From Oligoflexus sp. (GTDB taxonomy: Bacteria; Bdellovibrionota_B; Oligoflexia; Oligoflexales; Oligoflexaceae), in contig JBGSTX010000263.1 of the NCBI GenBank assembly GCA_041736305.1, positions 1 through 10,475 on the forward strand: a stretch of DNA of 10,475 bases. Direction: 5' to 3'. The notes beneath the pieces are model-generated. The model saw nothing but the letters and a program-made list of their open reading frames with translations. It was not told the DNA's origin and ran no database searches. A program made the position numbers and the translations under genes. Positions 1-6,513 of the stretch are shown here, piece by piece (position 1 is the first letter of the stretch; the number at the start of each line of letters is the position of its first letter).

Positions 1-1
1 C

Positions 2-154
2 AGCGGCTACCTCGCCGCTAACGGGTTCGACTCGGGAAATATTAGCACTGTTGGTTACGGGGACACCAAACCCCTAGCTTCGAACAAGACTAAAGAAGGT
101 CGTGCTGAAAACCGTAGGGTAGACATAATCATTGTTCCCGAAATTGTGCGCTAA
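2..154 (+). CDS. C-terminal end of an OmpA/MotB-family peptidoglycan-binding domain protein (partial, runs off the left edge)
   Basis: Manual translation of frame 2 gives SGYLAANGFDSGNISTVGYGDTKPLASNKTKEGRAENRRVDIIIVPEIVR*. GYGxxxP...N...GRxxNRRV is the OmpA_C signature. TAA is at 152-154. Confidence 0.9.
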   Translation, partial: SGYLAANGFDSGNISTVGYGDTKPLASNKTKEGRAENRRVDIIIVPEIVR

Positions 155-191
155 GGCTTCGTAAGTCTCTGCCCATTTTTAGTTAAAGAAC

Positions 192-230
192 AAGGGGCCG
201 CACCACCGTCAGGTAGTGCGGCCCCTTTTA
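192..230 (+). terminator. Rho-independent terminator downstream of the OmpA-family gene
   Basis: Perfect 12-bp inverted repeat AAGGGGCCGCAC (192-203) / GTGCGGCCCCTT (216-227), extendable inward by ACC/GGT around a GTCA loop. The right arm ends in a T-run (TTTT 226-229) followed by ATCTCT. Confidence 0.8.
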
Positions 231-327
231 TCTCTGAAGCTTCCCTATCAACAGACTATTCTGCTAAGCCTGATCATGAATCGATTGATGATTGAATCTT
301 CATCGATGGGTTCTAACGCGGGGCATG

Positions 328-1722
328 CTAGCCAACTGGCATGCCCTTCGTCACTTCGCGCATAATCTCCGGATCGCGATAGAAGATGTTCATCGTATCG
401 AAGGGAATAACGCGTCCGTCAGGGTTTACGATGTGCACACAGGTTTTCTTTATAGGGCGGAGGTCGAAGCTATATTTGTCATAGAACTGCATAATAATAA
501 TTCGAAACACATTCTCGTAGCTGAGCGGAAGGTTTTCAACAGCTGGAAGACAGCATAGTAGAGACTGCAAGGATGCCGAACTTTGACCAGGACTTGTGCC
601 CGTACTAAAAAGTTCGAAGAATCGCCGCTTCAATTCGGGATCCCGCTCTATAGTAATTGTATTTCCTGAATCATTTAAAAGATTTCGTGGCTCAACCCAG
701 TCCGATAAAGGGCGAACGCCTCCTTGCCATTTGAGGGCGTAGGCCATCGCTATAGCCTCGGGATGGCAGGGAACGGGGATGATATCCTGCGGTTTGAAGA
801 GGCTGTGCTGCTCGAGAATTGCCCTGCGGACTTCGCTTAGGGTCATGCGATCTAGAGCAGGGTTGAAGTTTTCAGTTCTTCCAGCAACCTGTGTGGGCTG
901 GAAAGTGATCCCGCGCACGCACGGCTGTTGGAGCGCAAATTCGATAATACTGCCAATTTCGTCGGAATTTACGCCTTTTTGTAGGGTCACCACCAGAGTA
1001 GTCGAGATTCCGAACTCGTTGAGGTGCTCTAAACTCTTTCGCCTTACCTCTCTCAGATCTTGGCCGCGCAGTTTAACCAGCGATTCCTCCCGCAAAGAGT
1101 CGAACTGCAGATAGACTTCGAGGCCAGTTTTATACTCGGCCAGGCGTTTCACAAAGCTCAGCTCTTGCGCGATCCGTAAGCCATTGGTGTTGATCATGAG
1201 ATGCTTGACAGGACGTTCACGGACCATCCTGATAACTTCGAAGAACTGTGGATGAAGAGTTGGTTCACCGCCGCTCAACTGAATGACATCAGCTGTACCT
1301 TCGTTAGCTATAACGGTATCGAGCATGAATTCGATTTCGCTTAATGACCTATGGCGGCCGACCCCAGGACCTGAGACAGCATAGCAAGTCGGACAGCTCA
1401 GTTGGCAGCGATCAGTTAATTCTATGACGCTGACGCACGAGTGCTGTTCATGGTCAGGGCATAATCCGCAGTCATAAGGACAGCCGAGGCGGGTGCTGGT
1501 GTTATTCCTTAGGGGTTTCTGACTCGGCTTGCAGTAGTCCCTCGCGCTCTTGTAATATTCTATGTCATCAGCCACCAGCACTTCTTCGACCCCATGCTGC
1601 GGGCAGCGCTTAATCATATAGACCGCTTCATCCTGAAGAACTATTTTTGCTTCGACCTTGCGCAAACACTGAGAACATACGCTGATCGTAACGTCGTAAA
1701 AGACGGATTCCTTGGACAACAT
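328..1722 (-). CDS. Radical SAM protein, Tes/GDGT-MAS (MJ0619)-like family, 464 aa
   Basis: Contains an N-terminal C16xxC19...C40xxH43 rubredoxin-like site, C81xxxC85GLC88xxH91, the radical SAM motif C106xxxC110xxC113, SGGEPTLHP and NTNG. C-terminal motifs are PVPC(319)HP, CC(390-391) and KTC(428)VH...DGRVIPFD. SD-like GGGGGA lies 7 nt before ATG 1722. Confidence 0.88.
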   Translation of the reverse strand: MLSKESVFYDVTISVCSQCLRKVEAKIVLQDEAVYMIKRCPQHGVEEVLVADDIEYYKSARDYCKPSQKPLRNNTSTRLGCPYDCGLCPDHEQHSCVSVIELTDRCQLSCPTCYAVSGPGVGRHRSLSEIEFMLDTVIANEGTADVIQLSGGEPTLHPQFFEVIRMVRERPVKHLMINTNGLRIAQELSFVKRLAEYKTGLEVYLQFDSLREESLVKLRGQDLREVRRKSLEHLNEFGISTTLVVTLQKGVNSDEIGSIIEFALQQPCVRGITFQPTQVAGRTENFNPALDRMTLSEVRRAILEQHSLFKPQDIIPVPCHPEAIAMAYALKWQGGVRPLSDWVEPRNLLNDSGNTITIERDPELKRRFFELFSTGTSPGQSSASLQSLLCCLPAVENLPLSYENVFRIIIMQFYDKYSFDLRPIKKTCVHIVNPDGRVIPFDTMNIFYRDPEIMREVTKGMPVG

Positions 1723-2410
1723 GGGCTAGTCCCCCGATTAAGCAAAGTACCTGAGTTGTGCTAAATGGTCCCCATACCTTAGGCAATGGCTTAAGAAAGT
1801 CAATCGCGAAGCGGAAGGTGAGATACGCAGCCAAAAAAGATCGGAAAAGATGCCCCGGATAAGAAAACTGTCTCGTGTTAGCCGTCCGCCACTTCCAAAG
1901 AAGCAATCCCAAAAAAGCGATTTCATATACTTGAGTGGGATGTCGACCCACTCCATCGCCGAAGTTTACAGCCCATGGAAGATGAGTCGGAATGCCAAAG
2001 GCGGGGTCTGATAATCCTGCAGCCAAGCAGCCTAGTCGACCAAGCAAAATGCCGAGTATAAGGGGCCGGGTGAAAAGGTCGCCCGATGATTTCCTGATCC
2101 CCATCCCAAGCTTTCCCAGCTCGATGAGGAGCCAGCCACCCAGAATAGCTCCGATGACGGTTCTCTCGGTGACCGCTAACTCAGGTATGAAGTAACGTTC
2201 AATAGTTCCAGGTAAACGAGAGCCTATAATCGCACCTAGTGCGGCACAAACCGTTAATACATGGCGGTGGCTGCTCTCCAGTGTATCTTGTTCACGCTTT
2301 TTTTGTGCTCGGTAAAATGCACAGGCGATACTTATAGCTAGGGTCTCGACAGCGGCGTGCAACCAAGTCCAATGCGATGTTGCTTTGTAGAACTCCCCTA
2401 AATCAATCAT
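1628..2410 (-). CDS. Prolipoprotein diacylglyceryl transferase (Lgt) family paralog, polytopic membrane protein
   Basis: Lgt-like motifs GRLGC, GxPTxLPWAVxF, RHPTQVYE and YxxFRFxIDFLK, with several hydrophobic helices. Start reassigned from 2461 to ATG 2410, which has an AGGA SD and overlaps the upstream TGA as ATGATTGA. Confidence 0.85.
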   Translation of the reverse strand: MIDLGEFYKATSHWTWLHAAVETLAISIACAFYRAQKKREQDTLESSHRHVLTVCAALGAIIGSRLPGTIERYFIPELAVTERTVIGAILGGWLLIELGKLGMGIRKSSGDLFTRPLILGILLGRLGCLAAGLSDPAFGIPTHLPWAVNFGDGVGRHPTQVYEIAFLGLLLWKWRTANTRQFSYPGHLFRSFLAAYLTFRFAIDFLKPLPKVWGPFSTTQVLCLIGGLAHVVQGIRLLRRYDQRMFSVFAQGRSKNSSSG

Positions 2411-2906
2411 CTGCGTCCTGTGCGACAGGTAAAATATTGAAATATTGCAAACACGCTTCATAAGCTAGATCTCGGACAAATCTCGTTGAATCATTCTTAT
2501 CTCTAAGTTCAGTTTCATCTCCGTTAAGTTGAATGCCACTATCCACCCGGACCAGCTCCCGTGTAACGCCCGTTCCCTCGCAGCCTATGCAGCTAAGGAT
2601 AAAACTGCCTTCTTTCGACTCGTTCTCCTCATATCCTACCTGGCAACCCTCATGAGTACTAAATACGTAACCGCTAACTGCGGTCGAATCTTTCTCATAG
2701 ACCCTGCACTTGTCTGTCCTAGTAGCGCAATACTCGGTAGTTCCATTAGAGAATAACCAGGTATTAGAATCCCAGAGCCCTGAGCCGAGATACACGTCAT
2801 TATTTATTGCCACCGGGAATTCCCCACAATTTACATTCCAAGCGCTCAAACTGAGAAGCGTGAAAGTCGCTAAAGCGGCAAAAGTCCCTTGCCTATTGAC
2901 ATGCAT
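2403..2906 (-). CDS. Hypothetical exported Cys-rich protein (167 aa), possible atypical lipoprotein
   Basis: Start reassigned to ATG 2906 (SD GAGAGGG). N-terminus MHVNRQGTFAALATFTLLSLSAWNVNC has a basic residue, a hydrophobic core and Cys27. The acidic mature part has six more Cys. The stop overlaps the start of the Lgt-like gene. Confidence 0.7.
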   Translation of the reverse strand: MHVNRQGTFAALATFTLLSLSAWNVNCGEFPVAINNDVYLGSGLWDSNTWLFSNGTTEYCATRTDKCRVYEKDSTAVSGYVFSTHEGCQVGYEENESKEGSFILSCIGCEGTGVTRELVRVDSGIQLNGDETELRDKNDSTRFVRDLAYEACLQYFNILPVAQDADD

Positions 2907-2985
2907 GCTTTGCCCTCTCTTCAACTTGTGATTTGAACATTTTGTGATAATATATGGAAATCGTAAGATAATTCTAGGAACAAAT
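2907..2985. promoter_or_regulatory. AT-rich divergent promoter region; candidate + strand sigma70 promoter
   Basis: 79-bp gap between divergent ATGs, about 30% GC (18/60 in 2941-3000). TTGTGA(2942-2947)-16 nt-TAAGAT(2964-2969), plus an extended -10-like TGTGATAAT at 2943-2951. TTGTGAT occurs at 2926 and 2942. Confidence 0.4.
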
Positions 2986-3579
2986 ATGTACTCGAAGCTC
3001 AGATTCCTCTTCAGCGTTCTGATTTTGATGTTCTTGTACAAACCTAGAGATTTATTTGCTCTCAACTATGGCGTAGACCCTGCTAAACCAATTTCGATAG
3101 GTGCACATCTAGGCCTTCTGAGCCAGGGGGTCCATCTTGGCTATGCTTTATGGGAAGGTGTTGGAATTGAGTTGGGACAGCACCAATACTCGACGTATAG
3201 CTCCCGCAGTACAAATCGAGGGGAACGAAACTATTACATCGTCTTGCAATATTACTTAGGCAAAATTTTCCATTACAAGGCTGGGTTACAAGCAAAAACC
3301 ATAGATGTCGACTGTAATAATTATTGGAGTAGTTGCAGGCAGACATTTAACGCTCTTACATACGGGCTAAGACTTGCTATGGGCATACACTTTCGTTTTA
3401 GCTTTGGGCTGGGAATAGGGGGCGAAATCATTTCTTTCTATCAGCCACTTACAGCGAGCGTTACCGAAGAAAAAAGAGGAATCGGACCGGCAACAGGAAG
3501 TCAAAGAAATAGAGTCGAAGCCCAAATTATGCAGGGAAATTTTGGACTTTTGCCCTTCTACATAGACTACGCATTTTAA
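2986..3579 (+). CDS. Putative outer-membrane beta-barrel protein (197 aa)
   Basis: ATG 2986 has an AGGA SD. N-terminal hydrophobic signal-like segment, then amphipathic Gly/aromatic strands (GVHLGYAL, GIELGQ, YGLRLAMGIHF, GLGIGGEI). C-terminal FYIDYAF ends in Phe, like a BAM beta-signal. Confidence 0.65.
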   Translation: MYSKLRFLFSVLILMFLYKPRDLFALNYGVDPAKPISIGAHLGLLSQGVHLGYALWEGVGIELGQHQYSTYSSRSTNRGERNYYIVLQYYLGKIFHYKAGLQAKTIDVDCNNYWSSCRQTFNALTYGLRLAMGIHFRFSFGLGIGGEIISFYQPLTASVTEEKRGIGPATGSQRNRVEAQIMQGNFGLLPFYIDYAF

Positions 3580-3647
3580 CATCCCGACTAGATTCTTTAG
3601 AGACTGAGCGCCTACCTCTATGCCCTTCAAACCTAGAGTTCATGGGC

Positions 3648-3676
3648 TTGACTCCTATGGGCAAAGTAAATACCAT
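3648..3676 (+). promoter_or_regulatory. Candidate sigma70 promoter
   Basis: TTGACT (3648-3653), exactly 17 nt, then TACCAT (3671-3676), about 80 nt upstream of ATG 3758. Confidence 0.55.
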
Positions 3677-3757
3677 CCGCTCGAAATCTACTGCCAGTGA
3701 GAAGCTCGTAATCAACGGCTTCAACTCATGGTCACCAAATTAAGGAAGAAAATCAGC

Positions 3758-4558
3758 ATGCTTAGGAACATACTCATGTCATGGACGCTTGCGGGGTTTA
3801 GTCTGGGGCTTGCAGCGAGTCAAGCACAGGCGTCGGCCTGCTCGCAGCTGGGTCACTGGTACTGGCCGCCTGAACCCGATGCCATTAGCTTCGGGGCCTC
3901 GATCGGCAATCACGAAGGAGTGAAGGTCTCGTATTACACCGATCTAAAAGACGTCTCAAATGTCATAGAGGTCGTTCGCAGCGGTTTTTCATCCACTAAG
4001 ACCTATCAGTATCGCTCCAAGTCTTCGTCTATCAAAATCAGCACAGTTGGATCTTTCGAAGAATCTATCGAGCTGAGCGCAAATGATTCTCGTTACTTGG
4101 AAACACTGAGTAGAATGCGCGATTTGGTCGGCTACGTTGGTGCTCCGGAAGCCTACCTACGCCCAGACGGAGGTCCCGCAAGCTTGAATGTCGGGGCGAT
4201 TTATATAGTAAAATTTTTAGATCAGCTGATAGCTGCTCAGCTTCAGGGTCCGACCCCAGCCAACTGTGTTCTCTATAAGGACGCCGCAGATCTGACAAAA
4301 TCTAATGCTTGTGAGCTTACAGGTGGGGCTCTTTTCACCCTTGGACCATGGCGGTCTCAAGTCAAAGCCGTGTGGGTTCGCTCTTCTCATCGCTTGACTC
4401 TCGTCAAAGACGATCGCTTCGACAAGGCTGCCGGTTTCGCAAGCTATTATGGGTACGATGCGCAGGGCCAGGAAGTGGACGGCGGACGCTTATTCTTCAT
4501 CTCAGAAGCAGCCGGGCTCGAGGCTACAACAGCTCTTTGTGCCACAACCCAACCTTAA
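3758..4558 (+). CDS. Hypothetical secreted protein with a putative C-terminal beta/gamma-crystallin-like domain
   Basis: Likely start ATG 3758 (AAGGA upstream; 3728 is the alternative). Sec signal MLRNILMSWTLAGFSLGLAASQAQA has an AxA site. A Pro linker (GPTPA) precedes CVLYKD...W-RSQVKAVWV...LTLVKDDRF. Confidence 0.7.
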   Translation: MLRNILMSWTLAGFSLGLAASQAQASACSQLGHWYWPPEPDAISFGASIGNHEGVKVSYYTDLKDVSNVIEVVRSGFSSTKTYQYRSKSSSIKISTVGSFEESIELSANDSRYLETLSRMRDLVGYVGAPEAYLRPDGGPASLNVGAIYIVKFLDQLIAAQLQGPTPANCVLYKDAADLTKSNACELTGGALFTLGPWRSQVKAVWVRSSHRLTLVKDDRFDKAAGFASYYGYDAQGQEVDGGRLFFISEAAGLEATTALCATTQP

Positions 4559-5070
4559 TCACCCAAAGACGACGGGCGGAGACTGAGTCTCTGCCCCGCT
4601 TTATCACCCTGACTGTTGTGGTCGATCAAGCCCAGTAGAGTATTAAGCAGCTGCAGATTGAACACGCTGTGAGCCGGCAGATCTGCTAGCGACTGTTCTT
4701 CAAAGTTGAGAGGGCAGGCATCGCGATATTTGCGACTATCTTCTTTGATCTCCAGAGGAAAACCGTGGGTCCGGCACACGACCGGTCTAGCTTCATAGAT
4801 AATGCAGGCGCCTTGAGCATCGAGAAAACTGCAGCGTTGGCCGCCGAAGGGTTTGCTGACTTCATTCTCTGCGGCAGCCTTAGCTTTAGCTGGATTTTCA
4901 GCTAGAAAGCTCTGAATATGCTCGGCTTCGACCGGAAATATCGTAAGGTCCGGCTTACAGCAGCTGTGACAGCCGAGACCACATCGTAGAGAGGAGCCGT
5001 GCAAGGCACTGAGCTCAGCTCCTTTCTCGTCGATCTTTTTTAGAAGCTCGCGGTATTTTGGATCGCTCAC
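4555..5070 (-). CDS. YkgJ-family cysteine-cluster (CxxxCxxCC) protein
   Basis: Motifs CGLGCHSCC and CSFLD-x3-ACIIYEARPVVCRTHG...DACPLN. The GTG start overlaps the upstream TGA (GTGA). The stop overlaps the convergent gene's stop (TTAA 4555-4558). Confidence 0.88.
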   Translation of the reverse strand: MSDPKYRELLKKIDEKGAELSALHGSSLRCGLGCHSCCKPDLTIFPVEAEHIQSFLAENPAKAKAAAENEVSKPFGGQRCSFLDAQGACIIYEARPVVCRTHGFPLEIKEDSRKYRDACPLNFEEQSLADLPAHSVFNLQLLNTLLGLIDHNSQGDKAGQRLSLRPSSLGD

Positions 5071-6485
5071 TCGTTCCCCTTCGGCTTCCGTCGCATCACC
5101 GCTACAAACATCGTGTCAGCGTCCTCCATAGGACAACCGAGAAGTTGCTGATCCACCAATTCAAATTCACTATGGCCAGCGAGAAAGGCGGTCACACGTT
5201 CTTCATTTTCAACTCGCAGCCAGCTGCAGGTAGCATAAACGAGGCTACCCCCTTCGCGCACTGCAGCCGATACCGTTTTGAGAATCTTATCTTGAATCGC
5301 TGTGAGTTCCTGAAGGGAGGTCTCGGAAACTCTCAATTTCGCATCTGGATTCCGCCGCCAAGTCCCGGCTCCTGAGCAGGGTGCATCGATCAGAACGGCA
5401 TCAAAACCCTTGCGCTTCTCAAGCTCTTTGCCGAGTGCCGGTAGTCCTTCGCCATCCCAAGTCCAGTAGCGAATATTGGCAAGCTGGGCACGACCGGCTC
5501 TCTCCCGGAGATCGGTTAGCTTATAGGACCGCACATCTGAAGCGTACACGGCTCCACTGTTTTCCAAACGACTGGCTAATTGCACGCTTTTCCCGCCGCC
5601 GCCGGCGCAGCAGTCCCAGACCCGCGAACCGCGCTCAAGGGGAACAGCCTCGCCTATGCGCTGCGAAGCGCGGTCTTGTATTTCGATGAAACCTTTTTGA
5701 TAGGACTGAAGTTTATAGACCCCCAACTCACCCTCTACGGCCAAAGCTAGGCCGTCGGACTTCGCCGTGAAACCTTCAGCTGCCAGTTCGGCCATTACTT
5801 CTTCGCGCATGCCTTCGCTCTTAAGACGCAACCACAGCGGAGGCCGTAGCTTTTGCTTTTCAAGAAATGACTGCGCTACCTCCGGCAGCCATTCGCTACG
5901 CTCGTGGAGATGAGCGAAGAAAAAGGGCGGTATACCTTCCCAAATTAAAAGGAGAGAAAGAGGAATATCCTTTTCACTTTTCTTCTGGATCAGCTCTTCC
6001 CAGACTTTGAGGAGTCCTGCCTCATGTATCGAAGGATGGGAAACTGCAGAGTGATCCAAGCGCAAACCAAGCCAGAGGAAGAGGCGATCGCCGGGCATAG
6101 CTGTGATCAGAGGCCACCAGCTGCTCGGCTCGAATCTATGATCGTGCAACTGTAGCCAGCGCGCATCCTGCCAGCTCTTCTCGACTCCAATGCGCCACTG
6201 CTTTTCAGCTGCTGCGGCCCAGACTCCGAGGCGAAGTACCGCAAAGAGAGCGTCGCTGTACCACTTCCGATCTTTCTGCCCGAAGCGTTTTTCACTGCGG
6301 AAACGCTGGGCCAGCCAGCGATCGAGCTGAGGCAGGCTAGGCAGCGAACGCAGATCATCCCAAAGCTTGAGGAGATGGGGGGTGCGCGGCGAGTGGAGGA
6401 ACTCGCGCAGTCGGCCCGGCAGCGGACGAGTATCTATAGCTGTTTTCCACGAGGGCCCAAAGCTTGCTTCATTTGCGATGTCCAT
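5067..6485 (-). CDS. RsmB/NOP2/Sun-family RNA m5C methyltransferase (472 aa)
   Basis: Motifs IQDRAS, DCCAGGGGKS (SAM binding), DAPCSGAGTWRRNPD (motif IV Cys) and YATCS...ENE (motif VI Cys). Start reassigned to ATG 6485 (GGAG SD), which removes the overlap with folB. Confidence 0.92.
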   Translation of the reverse strand: MDIANEASFGPSWKTAIDTRPLPGRLREFLHSPRTPHLLKLWDDLRSLPSLPQLDRWLAQRFRSEKRFGQKDRKWYSDALFAVLRLGVWAAAAEKQWRIGVEKSWQDARWLQLHDHRFEPSSWWPLITAMPGDRLFLWLGLRLDHSAVSHPSIHEAGLLKVWEELIQKKSEKDIPLSLLLIWEGIPPFFFAHLHERSEWLPEVAQSFLEKQKLRPPLWLRLKSEGMREEVMAELAAEGFTAKSDGLALAVEGELGVYKLQSYQKGFIEIQDRASQRIGEAVPLERGSRVWDCCAGGGGKSVQLASRLENSGAVYASDVRSYKLTDLRERAGRAQLANIRYWTWDGEGLPALGKELEKRKGFDAVLIDAPCSGAGTWRRNPDAKLRVSETSLQELTAIQDKILKTVSAAVREGGSLVYATCSWLRVENEERVTAFLAGHSEFELVDQQLLGCPMEDADTMFVAVMRRKPKGNE

Positions 6486-6513
6486 TTTATCTCCGGCCCG
6501 AAAGTTGTTCGAT

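Noticed and set aside
328-2906. RiPP/SPASM maturase cluster
   Set aside because: No SPASM CxxCxxxxxCxxxC motif, RRE domain or short precursor peptide is evident, and the architecture matches the Tes-like family.
2926-2972. Fur box or CRP site
   Set aside because: The GATAAT-anchored match to the 19-bp Fur consensus is only about 8/19, and the TGTGA half-sites lack a TCACA partner at N6.
2907-3065. Long N-terminal extensions in the ORF track (3065, and likewise 2461, 2944, 6614, 7298, 8116, 10272)
   Set aside because: Downstream starts have better SD sites, and in several cases give tidy stop/start coupling or remove overlaps with neighbouring genes.
3659-3720. c-di-GMP-I riboswitch suggested by GGGCAAA
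   Set aside because: The paired stems and second conserved motif are absent, and the sequence falls in the spacer of a good sigma70 promoter.
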